Of a DNA stretch of 64,000 bases, positions 21,349 through 30,930 are shown piece by piece. The DNA lies in contig CBDCKW010000009.1 in the NCBI GenBank assembly GCA_965218435.1, positions 2,368,001 to 2,432,000 on the forward strand, read 5' to 3'. Origin of the DNA: Truepera sp. Its GTDB lineage: Bacteria; Deinococcota; Deinococci; Deinococcales; Trueperaceae. The number at the start of each line of letters is the position of its first letter. Positions within the stretch are counted from its first letter, which is position 1. Below the pieces are notes generated by a model. That model worked only from the letters and a program-made list of their open reading frames with translations, was not told the DNA's origin and ran no database searches. Position numbers and translations under genes: made by a program.

Positions 21349-22131
21349 GTGCAACTCGTGGCCCTTATCACCCCCGACCAAGCCCTCCGGCAAGCCTTAG
21401 CGCAGTTTCGCAAACCGGCGCTCGGCGTGCTTTTACACCCTGTAACGCCGACTGAGTTCAGCGCCGTAGCCGGAAGTTTGGCCCCGCTCGAGTTTCGCGG
21501 CGCACTCGTCTTGGACGAGCACTTTCACGAAGCCGCCTTCCGCGTCGCGCAGCGGTCGTCTTTGATGGCGCAAGAGACCGGCACCGCCGACGCGCTGACC
21601 GTTTCGTATGGTGGCCTCATCGCCGAATACACGCTCGGGCGGGCGGTCGTCATGGCCTTGCAACAAAAAGGGTGGGACGCGCGCGCGGCGCGGGCGGTCG
21701 TCGTCGGCTCGGGGCCACTCGCACGGGCGGTGTGCCGCGAGGTTTCATCTTTGGGTGCGGCGCATATCACGCTGTTAGCGAGTGACAGCCCCACGGCCGA
21801 ACGCACCCTCGGGTCACTCGCGGCAAGTACCGAATGTACGGCCCGCTCGTACCGCGACCCGCTGATCCCCAGCTATCTCCTCCGCGCCGACCTCTTGGTA
21901 CGGATTGACCCGGTGTTTGAGGTTAACGCGGCCCAAGTCGGTCCTCACCTAAGCGTGGTAGACCTCGCTGCCGAACCCTTAAGTCAGCTCAGGCAGCAAG
22001 CAGTCAGCGTCGGCGCAACCGCCGTCGGGCGGCGCGACGTGCAAGCGTATCAGCTGGCGCTCGGGTTAGAAAATATCCTCGGGGCGCGGGTTCAAGCGAG
22101 CGATTTTCTCGGGGTGTTACATTCGCTCTAA
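21349..22131 (+). CDS. Divergent shikimate dehydrogenase-like protein
   Basis: Two-domain AroE-like layout with VVVGSGPLARAV; GTG 21349 follows TATACT. Confidence 0.55.
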   Translation: MQLVALITPDQALRQALAQFRKPALGVLLHPVTPTEFSAVAGSLAPLEFRGALVLDEHFHEAAFRVAQRSSLMAQETGTADALTVSYGGLIAEYTLGRAVVMALQQKGWDARAARAVVVGSGPLARAVCREVSSLGAAHITLLASDSPTAERTLGSLAASTECTARSYRDPLIPSYLLRADLLVRIDPVFEVNAAQVGPHLSVVDLAAEPLSQLRQQAVSVGATAVGRRDVQAYQLALGLENILGARVQASDFLGVLHSL

Positions 22132-22165
22132 TTCTAACTCAAACAGGTATGAGAGCAAAAACGCG

Positions 22166-23830
22166 TTGTTATATGCGTTTATGAGCTGCTTAGCTCTGTT
22201 GGCTGCCTCTTCGTTTGCGGCGTCTCCCCTCGCAGAATCTAATGTTGTTGGCTCGAGTCCCTATTACGCACTACCGGAAGCCGTCGTTGTCCCGAGCAGC
22301 GAACCGACCTTTAGTTACGGCGGCCAGCGTTACAGCTACGCGGCTGGGTTGGGCTGGCTGGACCTCGAATCCAGTTTAAGTGCGCCTCGGCTCGAGGCGG
22401 GGCAGGTTTACCTGCAAGGTGACGTGCTAGACGCGCTCGGCGTGACGCTGCCCCGGTTGACGGGGGTGCGCTCGAGCGGTGGCGGAACGGTGCGCGTGGT
22501 GTTCGATGTTGCCAATCTAGGCGCAGCTGAGTTGGATTCCCTCAGACAAACCGGGACGACGCGCGGCCCGCTGAACTTGCGGTTTCCGCCGCTGCTCTTG
22601 CCCGCTGATCTACCGGGAAGGCTCGAGAACCTCACCCTTAGCATCGGCGCACCTGGGGCTGAAGGCACGGTACTAAGCCTCACCGGGCCGGAGGCTGTCG
22701 GGCCGCTGCGTTTTGACGTCTTTCCGCTGGCGAACCCGACCCGCCTGGTCGTTGACCTGAACGTCGAGCCGATACCTGAACCGCCTATAGAAGCCACAAA
22801 CGAAGCAGACGATGCTGCGCTCGATTTGCGGGAGCGGTTGCTGGACAGACTTTTAGGGACTAGAACCGGTAAGCGTGACCTCGGCGGCGGCGCGACGCTG
22901 CGCTCGTTCAGCACGGTAACGCTTGCAGGGCGCAGTCAGGTTGACCTCGTAGAAATTGTGCCCAACCGGGGCCGGTTTGCGGTGCAAGGGGGTTCGGCGG
23001 TGCTGCGCACGACTTCTGAACTAACCGGGCGGGCGCTCGTCGGACTTAACGCTTCGTATTTTGACCCGGCGAGCGGGCGGAGCATCGGACTGTTAAAAGA
23101 GCGCGGGGTGCTCGAGTCCCTGCCCAGCCGCAACCGGGCGGTGGTGGGCTTTGGCTTCGGGCAACCGGTCGTCGGGCGGCCCCAAAGCGAGCTGCTCGTC
23201 ACGGTGGCCGGGACGCTGCGCACCATGATAAGCCTCGAGGATGAACGTGTAACGCTCTCTACCGCTTTAGGCGTCGGCGCAGGGGGGCAGGTCGGGAGTC
23301 CGCGCCGGGGGGCAATTGTCGTCTCGGCGACCGGACGGGTGTTAGAAAACAAAGTCGGGCCGCGCCGTGTCCCGACAGGCGGCTTTGTGCTCTCGTATTT
23401 GCCCGAGGTGCGTGCGCTGGCGCTGGTCAACGCCGGGGAGACCTTGAGTTATCGGCTCGAGACCCGTCCCAGCATCTGGCGCTTTGTGCCCGAAGCGGTC
23501 GAGGCGGGGCCGCTCCTCGTTGACGGCGGCCGGAGCGCCTTTAGCCCGGCTCTGGAAGCGTTTGATACCGAGGACCCGGAGAGTAACATCAACCGCCGCA
23601 CGACCCGCGCCGCGCTGGGCGTCCGGGCCGACGGCACGGTTTTGCTGCTCGTCGCCACCAACATGACTGCCGGAGAACTCGCGCCGCTCCTTTTAGACCT
23701 CCGCGCCGAGAGTGCCCTGCAACTCGATTCAGGCGGGAGCAGCACGCTCGTAGTAAACGGTGAAGTGCTCAACCGTCCGGCGGGTTTACAGCGTAAAGTT
23801 GCCACCGTCATTACCTATACGCCGTACTAA
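22166..23830 (+). CDS. Secreted phosphodiester glycosidase (NAGPA/DUF2233) family protein with AMIN-like segments
   Basis: NASYF, AGPLLV, RTTRAALG, LQLDSGGSSTL; NPTRLVVDL; start uncertain. Confidence 0.85.
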   Translation: MLYAFMSCLALLAASSFAASPLAESNVVGSSPYYALPEAVVVPSSEPTFSYGGQRYSYAAGLGWLDLESSLSAPRLEAGQVYLQGDVLDALGVTLPRLTGVRSSGGGTVRVVFDVANLGAAELDSLRQTGTTRGPLNLRFPPLLLPADLPGRLENLTLSIGAPGAEGTVLSLTGPEAVGPLRFDVFPLANPTRLVVDLNVEPIPEPPIEATNEADDAALDLRERLLDRLLGTRTGKRDLGGGATLRSFSTVTLAGRSQVDLVEIVPNRGRFAVQGGSAVLRTTSELTGRALVGLNASYFDPASGRSIGLLKERGVLESLPSRNRAVVGFGFGQPVVGRPQSELLVTVAGTLRTMISLEDERVTLSTALGVGAGGQVGSPRRGAIVVSATGRVLENKVGPRRVPTGGFVLSYLPEVRALALVNAGETLSYRLETRPSIWRFVPEAVEAGPLLVDGGRSAFSPALEAFDTEDPESNINRRTTRAALGVRADGTVLLLVATNMTAGELAPLLLDLRAESALQLDSGGSSTLVVNGEVLNRPAGLQRKVATVITYTPY

Positions 23831-24257
23831 ACCAAGCTGACAGAGCTTACGCCGGTGATAAGGTTTCACCGGCGAAGGTAACGTGCTGCTTTCGGTGGCC
23901 TTGCCAACCTCGGCGCAGCTTTTGCATGTTCAGCGTCGGAGACGTTCACAACAAAACCCATAAGGTGGTTGATCTCCGATAAGGCGGTGACTGAGGCGTA
24001 AGAACTTCGCGGTAATCCATAGGCGTAAGCCCTGATTAACTGACGCCTTTACTACAATGTCCAGACCGGTGCGTTACACTTAAAAAGGTGGAGACAGCAA
24101 AAGGTGAAAATAACCAAGTGCGGGGTCGTTAGACACTCTTTAGGCTGCTCGGCTATCGGTAGTCGGATAAGCAGAGTAGGGCACGGTGAGGGGTGGGAGC
24201 CCAAGTGCAGCACTGCGCGGCGCACACATGTTACCGAACCCAGGGCTGCTAGTAAGC

Positions 24258-24306
24258 GTGCCGTAATCAAGGGTGCCGTAAACCAACGGGCCGTAATCAA
24301 GGGTGC
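24258..24306 (+). repeat. Imperfect 15-bp tandem repeat (GTGCCGTAATCAAGG-like, about 3 units)
   Basis: gtgccgtaatcaagg gtgccgtaaaccaac gggccgtaatcaagg gtgc. Confidence 0.7.
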
Positions 24307-24312
24307 GGCGCG

Positions 24313-24900
24313 GTGACCCTGTTTACAGCGGTTACGCAGAAGTTAAGGGAAGCTGAGCTGTTCCAGAGCCTGCTCGTCGTGTTCATCGTTCTCGTACTGG
24401 CGCTGGTATTTTCTTGGCCGGAGACCGGCGTCGCCAACCATTCATGGATGAACGTCGCTCAGGTGCGGAGTGTGTTGTTTATGCTCTTTGCGGTCGGGTT
24501 TGGCGCAGCAGCAGCCAGGGCGCGGGTGGGACAGCTCGAGACCCTTTTGGCGTGGTGGCTGCTCGCCGCTCTCAGCTTGCCGATTGAAGCGTTTGCCTAC
24601 GCCGCTTCGTATCCGGACGCGCCAGTATGGTGGTTTGCCGCGCAACCCCTGTTAGACGTCGGGGCGTATTTTGGCATCGGCCTACTGTTCGGGCAACTCA
24701 TCCGGCGGTTGCCGGTGCTTTTGCCGCTGCTCCCCTTTGTCGTCTTGGCGGCTCTGATCGGCCTCAGTTCGGCGCTCGAGGCTCCGGCTCTCAATCCACT
24801 GGCCGCCGCGCAGCTCTCGTGGCCACACCTATTTATCACGGCGCTCCTCACTCTGGCGACGCTGATTTTTTGTATTCGCAGCCAGATAGCAGTAGAGTAG
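24313..24900 (+). CDS. Hypothetical multi-pass membrane protein
   Basis: 195-aa ORF with about six hydrophobic segments. Confidence 0.75.
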   Translation: MTLFTAVTQKLREAELFQSLLVVFIVLVLALVFSWPETGVANHSWMNVAQVRSVLFMLFAVGFGAAAARARVGQLETLLAWWLLAALSLPIEAFAYAASYPDAPVWWFAAQPLLDVGAYFGIGLLFGQLIRRLPVLLPLLPFVVLAALIGLSSALEAPALNPLAAAQLSWPHLFITALLTLATLIFCIRSQIAVE

Positions 24901-24903
24901 GGA

Positions 24904-26571
24904 ATGCAAATTAGAGCGTCTCGGCGGCAGACTTCGGCGCAGACGGGGCGACGCCCGCACAAGGTTTTGGCGCGGCACTGGGCGTTGCAGCGGCGGCTCG
25001 TGACAGGCGGCGTGCTGGCGCTAGCCGTATCGGTGTTAGCGTGGCTTTTCGGCGCACCTTTACCCATGCATCTTGGACTTACCCTAGTAGGGTTTGGCGC
25101 GGGCTTTTTTTGGCGGTTTACCGCGGTGGGTCGCCGCGCGGAACGTTGGGCCTTCTCCTGGATCGAGGATCGCGCGGGCCTGTCGTATCTGACCGCCTAT
25201 GAACTCCCCCAAGCCGACGCCGAAGTCAACTCCGAAACCGACCCTGCGACTGGGTTTGGCGAGGCAGTGCGGGCGCGGGCGGCGCAAGTCGGGCGGCTCG
25301 AGACTCCTTCGTTGCAACCGTGGGCGCTGCCACTGATCGTGTTGGCCTTGGCGCTCGCCGCCCTGCCCCACCTCGTTTTACCGACCTGGCGGGCTCCGCT
25401 TGCCCCCCTGACCGAACGGCTGCCTTTTCCCACGCCGCAAACCGACCTACCGGCACCCGAAGATGCGCTGGCAGCGGCCCCTAAACCTAGAACGGGGACA
25501 ACACCCAGTGCGCCCGAAACCGGGACGGAAACCGGTCAAGAGAGTACCGACACCCCCGGCGACTCCGGTACCGACAGCTCGGACACCGGCGCGAGTTTCA
25601 ACGACGCTGCGGCTCCCTCTGAAGGTGGCGCTGCTACAGGCGAGCGGGCGGCGCTCGAGAATTTTCTCGAGCAGAGCGGTGCCGCGCAAACCGGCGCGTC
25701 TCAGGCGAACCAAGAAGGTGTACCGCAGCGCGGTTTGCCGCAGGCCAACCCACCGCAAACTGCCGCGTCCCCAATAGAGACGGCCCAGACAGATGCTTCA
25801 CAAACAGACACTTCGCAAGCAGGTACTTCACAGTCTGCGCCGCCAGGTGGCGGAGGAGATCAGGCTCAGAGCGGGCAGCGTCCGGCTGAAACCGGCTCAG
25901 CCCAGCCGAGCGCGAGCAACACCTCAGGCGATACACCAAACAACCGGGGCGGCGCAACCGCCCCCGGTGAGGGAAGTTCGGTCGGACGCGAGGCAAAAGC
26001 AAAGTCTGACGTGGGACAGAACCCAGAACAGAACTCGGGTCAAAACGCCGGTCAAGAGGGGGCAGCGCAAGCTGAAACGCCGGGCAGCGCCGACGAAAGT
26101 GCGCAAGAGAGCTCGAGCCAGAGCGCCCAACCGCCTCAGGCGCAAGCTGACAGCCCTCAATCAGGCTTACAGCAGGCGTCTCAAGCCGGGGTGGACGCCG
26201 CTCAGAACAGCTCGGCGTCAAGTCAAGGTTCAAACGCTCAGCGCAGCGCCGCACCCGACGCAGGCAACCAGGCGTCCGGGGACGCTACCGACGGGGCCAG
26301 CAGCAACCGCGCCGGTACTCGTGCGGGGGGCGACATCGCCAGCAGCCGCGAACGGCTCGGCAACACGTCTCCCCAAACACCCGAGCGGGTCACCGGTTCG
26401 CGTCAAGACGGGCCGCTGAGCTTTGCCGGTGAGACGCTCCGGCAGGGCGACGCGCCGGACGCGTTGCCGCAAAACGGCAGCGCCGCCTACCGCAGGGCCG
26501 CTGAAGAGGTCATCCGTGAGGGCCGGATTCCGCTCGAGTATCAAGAGATTGTCCGCGACTACTTCCGCTGA
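24904..26571 (+). CDS. Membrane-anchored protein with a long Q/S/A/G-rich low-complexity region
   Basis: Three hydrophobic segments, long disordered tract, C-terminal IPLEYQEIVRDYF. Confidence 0.75.
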   Translation: MQIRASRRQTSAQTGRRPHKVLARHWALQRRLVTGGVLALAVSVLAWLFGAPLPMHLGLTLVGFGAGFFWRFTAVGRRAERWAFSWIEDRAGLSYLTAYELPQADAEVNSETDPATGFGEAVRARAAQVGRLETPSLQPWALPLIVLALALAALPHLVLPTWRAPLAPLTERLPFPTPQTDLPAPEDALAAAPKPRTGTTPSAPETGTETGQESTDTPGDSGTDSSDTGASFNDAAAPSEGGAATGERAALENFLEQSGAAQTGASQANQEGVPQRGLPQANPPQTAASPIETAQTDASQTDTSQAGTSQSAPPGGGGDQAQSGQRPAETGSAQPSASNTSGDTPNNRGGATAPGEGSSVGREAKAKSDVGQNPEQNSGQNAGQEGAAQAETPGSADESAQESSSQSAQPPQAQADSPQSGLQQASQAGVDAAQNSSASSQGSNAQRSAAPDAGNQASGDATDGASSNRAGTRAGGDIASSRERLGNTSPQTPERVTGSRQDGPLSFAGETLRQGDAPDALPQNGSAAYRRAAEEVIREGRIPLEYQEIVRDYFR

Positions 26572-26973
26572 TCGGCCGGGGCTCAGTTAGGGCGTTCGTA
26601 GCAAGCCGTATCAAAGAAGTGAGCATAGAGAAGTCAGTATCCAGTGGTTACCGGTTTAGTCAAGACGATGACCGAGACACCAGCGTCTTTCACGTACTCA
26701 AATCACCGTAAAAGGACAGATTGGTACGGTCAAAGTTGAGCTCGAGCTTAGTCATGATTTTTCAGTGAAGTGACGCAGCAATCTTCAGACATCTAAGTCG
26801 TAAACGTCTAAATCGCAAGGTGACGTGCCCCAACCGACCGCATCAATGAGCAGCTTGGGCAAGTAAGTCGGGGCCGGCAGAATTTACGGCGATTTACGGC
26901 GATTGCCAATTGTACGGTGCGCCGTTTCACAGCTTCTAAAATGTCCGTTACGCTGTGCTGGGAGGCAACATAG

Positions 26974-27546
26974 ATGAAACGCATATTTTTACTTACGGCG
27001 CTCAGTTTAACCGGCTTAACCCTTGCGCAGTCCAACACCCAGTCGGGTGGCGCTGGGGCCGACGCGGTTCCGGCGCAGCTCGGCGCGTCCGCCGTGCTTA
27101 AAAACGTTCAGGGCAAGGTTGTCGGCAACGTGAACTTTACCAGCCCAACGAACAGCGACAGCTACGTCACCGTGCAGGTCGGTATCCGGCCGGACGCTAA
27201 CCTCCAACCCGGCGAGTACGGCTTTCATATCCATCAAGTCGGCAAGTGTACGCCGACGTTTGATGCGGCGGGCGACCACCTCAACCCTGAAGGCAAAGAG
27301 CACGGCCTGCTTAACCCCAAAGGTCCGCACGCGGGCGACCTGCCCAACGTCGTGATCCGCCAAGACGGAACGACGACCTACGCGGTCAATACAAAGCTTT
27401 TTACCCTCGAGCCCGGTGGCGCGGTTTTTGATCAGGACGGCAGCGCGGTAATCCTTCACGCCCAAGCCGACGACTACGTGACCGACCCGTCGGGCAACAG
27501 CGGCAGCCGGATTGCGTGCGGCGTTATCGAGCAAGAAAACCCGTAG
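26974..27546 (+). CDS. sodC: Cu/Zn superoxide dismutase, exported
   Basis: GFHIH, HLNP...HG...HAGDLPN, ILHAQADD, GNSGSRIACGVI; signal peptide; GGAGG RBS. Confidence 0.93.
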   Translation: MKRIFLLTALSLTGLTLAQSNTQSGGAGADAVPAQLGASAVLKNVQGKVVGNVNFTSPTNSDSYVTVQVGIRPDANLQPGEYGFHIHQVGKCTPTFDAAGDHLNPEGKEHGLLNPKGPHAGDLPNVVIRQDGTTTYAVNTKLFTLEPGGAVFDQDGSAVILHAQADDYVTDPSGNSGSRIACGVIEQENP

Positions 27547-27568
27547 TTTCAGCTGAAAGAACTCTCGG

Positions 27569-29698
27569 TCAGCTCGAGAGTCCCTCTAAGACCTCGAGCC
27601 GCCCCAGTTCTCTTAAAGACCCGCTTACCTCATCTAACAGCGCCAGCCGGTTACGGCGCAGCGCGTTGTCGTCAACCATCACCAGCACATTGTCTAAAAA
27701 GGCGTCGAGCGGCGCTTTGAGCGCCAGAATCTCGGGCAGCCCGGGCAGGTTTTTAAGCTCGTGTGTCGGCCCACCCCCGAGGTCCCACGGCGTCAGCTCT
27801 TGTTGCACCGCCCCGAGCAGTTCCTCTAAGGCCCCCTTCGCTTCTGGAATGGCGTCGTAAAGTGGCTGCTCATAGGGGCTCGAGAACTTTTTAGGGTTGA
27901 TTTCGGTTTCCGCGCCCAACTGTTTGGCGAGGTTGGCGGCGCGTTTGTAAAGTTGCAGCAGCGGTTCAAACTCTGCCTCTCGGCTGAGCGCCTTGAGGAG
28001 ATGCGCACGTCTGCTCGCGGTAATAACCGGCGGCGCGTCGGCGGTGACCGCCCGGACGAGGGTTGCTGGGACGTGCTCGAGCTCGAGCAACCCTGCTGCC
28101 CTATCCCAGACAAAGGCAACGACACTATTGAGCGTTTCAGCGGTCACCGCAGGCGTGCCTCCTTCATAAGCCTCCGCCGCAGCGCGTACCAACTCAGCCA
28201 AGCTGACGCGCCAGCCCTGCGCGTTCAAAATGCGGGCGACGGCCACTGCGTCACGCCGTAAACCAAAGGGGTCGGCTGAACCCGAAGGCCGCTGACCGAG
28301 CGCAAAAAAGCCCAGCAGTTTATCTAACCGGTCGGCGAGCGAGAGCACTGCGCCCACTTTAGAAGCTGGCAAAGGGCCGCCGGAAGTAACGGGCCGGACA
28401 CCGGACTCGAGCGCCTCGGCGACCTCCGCGCTCTGCCCCTCAGCGAGGGCGTAGGCGCGGCCGATCACGCCCTCTAACTCAGGGAGTTCGTCAACCATCT
28501 GCGTCGCCAAATCCGCTTTATAGATGGGCAAGGCCCCGCTGAGCGTTTCTTTTTCGGTAGGGCTCAGGTGGATCAGCTCAGCGAGCGCGAGGGCGGCGGT
28601 GTGCGTCCGCGCCACCTTGTCGGCCATCGTCCCGAGGCCCTTGTGAAAGCCGACGCCCGAGAGCGCCCACGCGTGTTGCGACAACGAGCGGCTGCGGTCG
28701 GCGTCCCAAAAAAACTGCGCGTCGTAGAGGCGCGGATTGAGCGCCCCTTCATAGCCGCGCCGGACGAGCGCCGGGTCGGGCACGTTATTATTTGAGACTC
28801 CGACGAAAAAAGGGGCTAGAGTTCCGTTCGTGCGGCGAGTCGGAAAAAACCGCTGATGGTGAATCATCGTCGTCGCCAAGACCTCTTCGGGCAGTGACAG
28901 GTAGCGTTCATCAAAGTGTCCCAAAATGGCGTAGGGAGCCTCGAGCAAATCTGCTACCTCCTCCAGCAAGCCCGGTGCTTGACACAGCGTTAGATCTTTT
29001 TGTGCAGCAGCGTCTTGGGCAGCATTTAGGGTCGCGGCGCGGCGCTCGTCTTGGTCAGCGATTACGGCAGCTCGGCCCAACACCGTGTCGTAGTCTGCGG
29101 CGTGGGCAAGCTCGAGCACTCCTTCACCCAAAAAACGGTGGCCGCGCGTCGTCCGCCCGGACGTCACCCCGGCACTAGAAAGGGGGAGCACCACGTCATC
29201 TAAAAGTGCTACGAGCCACGCCACCGGCCGCAAAAAAGGCGTGTCAACCTCGCCCCAACGCATCTTGCGCGGCGCGGGCAGGTCGCGTACCAGGTCGCTG
29301 AGGAGCGGCGGGAGCAACTCGGATACAGGTTCGCCGCCCAGCATTCTACGGACGAAGACGTAGGCTCCTTTCTCGGTTTGTTGGACAAAAAGTTCAGACG
29401 GCTCGACGCCGTTCGCTTTGGCGAAGCCTGCCGCCGCTTTGGTCGGGGTGCCGTCTTCAGCGAACGCCGCGCTGACCGCCGGACCCCGTTTAAGTTCTTC
29501 ACGCAGTGCGCTCTGCTCAGCTAAACCTTCAACCAGCACCGCCAAGCGGCGCGGCGTTCCGAAGCTGCGAACGCGTTCAAACGTTACGCCCGCTGCGGTG
29601 AGGCGTTCACCCGCGAGCCGCGCCAAGCCTACGCGCCCCTGCGACACATACCAGCTCGGCAGCTCTTCGGTCCCGATTTCAAACAGTAAGGTCGCCAC
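27569..29698 (-). CDS. glyS: Glycyl-tRNA synthetase beta subunit
   Basis: LLFEIGTEELP, TPRRL, MRWG, GSADPFGLRR, NRLALL. Confidence 0.97.
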   Translation of the reverse strand: MATLLFEIGTEELPSWYVSQGRVGLARLAGERLTAAGVTFERVRSFGTPRRLAVLVEGLAEQSALREELKRGPAVSAAFAEDGTPTKAAAGFAKANGVEPSELFVQQTEKGAYVFVRRMLGGEPVSELLPPLLSDLVRDLPAPRKMRWGEVDTPFLRPVAWLVALLDDVVLPLSSAGVTSGRTTRGHRFLGEGVLELAHAADYDTVLGRAAVIADQDERRAATLNAAQDAAAQKDLTLCQAPGLLEEVADLLEAPYAILGHFDERYLSLPEEVLATTMIHHQRFFPTRRTNGTLAPFFVGVSNNNVPDPALVRRGYEGALNPRLYDAQFFWDADRSRSLSQHAWALSGVGFHKGLGTMADKVARTHTAALALAELIHLSPTEKETLSGALPIYKADLATQMVDELPELEGVIGRAYALAEGQSAEVAEALESGVRPVTSGGPLPASKVGAVLSLADRLDKLLGFFALGQRPSGSADPFGLRRDAVAVARILNAQGWRVSLAELVRAAAEAYEGGTPAVTAETLNSVVAFVWDRAAGLLELEHVPATLVRAVTADAPPVITASRRAHLLKALSREAEFEPLLQLYKRAANLAKQLGAETEINPKKFSSPYEQPLYDAIPEAKGALEELLGAVQQELTPWDLGGGPTHELKNLPGLPEILALKAPLDAFLDNVLVMVDDNALRRNRLALLDEVSGSLRELGRLEVLEGLSS

Positions 29699-30570
29699 TA
29701 CGCGGCCTCCGCTTCGGCGCTACCAGAGAGAAAACTGAGATAGCGTTGGGCCGTCCCTTCCGAAAGTCGCCGGAGCCGCTGCACGTAGTTTTGGCGCTCC
29801 ATATGTGAGAGCACGCCGCGCGCGTCGAGTAAGTTAAAGGCGTGCGAGGCTTTCATGACAAACTCGTAACCAGGATAGATGAGGTCAAGCTCTAAAAGCC
29901 GCTGCGCCTCCCCTTCAAACGACCCGAACAGCTCACGCTGCAACCCCGCGTTCACCTGCGTAAAGTTGTAGGTGCTGCTCTGGATTTCAAAGTCGCGGCG
30001 CAGATCACCGATGGTGACACCGGGCGCGTACTCGACGTCAAAGCCGTGCGCGGCCCCCTGCAGGTACATGGCGAGGCGCTCTAAACCATACGTCAGCTCA
30101 ACTGAGACAGGTTTAAGGTCAACCCCGCCGACCTGCTGAAAATAGGTAAACTGCGTCACTTCCATCCCGTCCATCTGCACTTCCCAGCCGAGGCCCCACG
30201 CACCTAAACTGGGTTGTTCCCAATTGTCTTCGACAAAGCGGATGTCGTGCTCGTGCGGGTCAATGCCGAGCGTGTAGAGGGAATCTAAATACTGCTGCTG
30301 CACATCAGCTGGTGAAGGCTTTAGCAGAACTTGATACTGAAAGAAATACTGAAAGCGGTAGGGGTTTTCGCCGTAACGCCCGTCGGCGGGGCGACGTGAG
30401 GGTGCGACGTAAGCGGCTCGCCACGGTTCCGGCCCGAGTGCCTTAAGAAACGTTGACGGGTAAAACGTCCCCGCGCCGACCTCGGTATCGTAGGGCTGAA
30501 CGATCACACAGCCGCGCTCAGCCCAGTAGTTTGTAAGCTTTAAGATCATCTCTTGAAAAACCATCGTCAC
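29698..30570 (-). CDS. glyQ: Glycyl-tRNA synthetase alpha subunit
   Basis: [33 protein letters not shown]. Confidence 0.98.
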   Translation of the reverse strand: MTMVFQEMILKLTNYWAERGCVIVQPYDTEVGAGTFYPSTFLKALGPEPWRAAYVAPSRRPADGRYGENPYRFQYFFQYQVLLKPSPADVQQQYLDSLYTLGIDPHEHDIRFVEDNWEQPSLGAWGLGWEVQMDGMEVTQFTYFQQVGGVDLKPVSVELTYGLERLAMYLQGAAHGFDVEYAPGVTIGDLRRDFEIQSSTYNFTQVNAGLQRELFGSFEGEAQRLLELDLIYPGYEFVMKASHAFNLLDARGVLSHMERQNYVQRLRRLSEGTAQRYLSFLSGSAEAEAA

Positions 30571-30612
30571 CTTTCAAACCGGCGTCCAGCCGGACCGTAC
30601 CTACGTACGCCC

Positions 30613-30648
30613 TACACCTGTATGTTCTGCACCTGTATGTTCTATACC
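30613..30648 (+). repeat. 15-bp tandem duplication in the glyQ leader region
   Basis: tacacctgtatgttc tgcacctgtatgttc tatacc. Confidence 0.7.
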
Positions 30649-30930
30649 TAAGTTTGACCGGGTATGAACCTCTCATGAAGGTCTGCTTAACCCAGTTCCG
30701 GCAGTTTGTAAGAAACATGCAAGAGCTGCGAGGTTAAGATGACAGAGAGGGTCGCCGTACATAAGGGTTATTCTATCCCTGAAGGTTCTAGCCAACTAGA
30801 ACGTAATGGACGACCTTCCCGGTTCCCTGTTGACCGCGTAGTATACCATCATGGATAACACGTTCTCGCTGCGTTTTCGGAGCATAGGTAGGACGCAGAA
30901 GCCCACGCAGACGTTGGAAAGGGGCGACCT

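Noticed and set aside
24258..24306. CRISPR array
   Set aside because: Units are 15 bp and contiguous with no unique spacers; no array was seen anywhere in the window, including near the Cas4-like gene
30571..30800. T-box riboswitch upstream of glyQ
   Set aside because: No T-box consensus seen; only a 15-bp duplication
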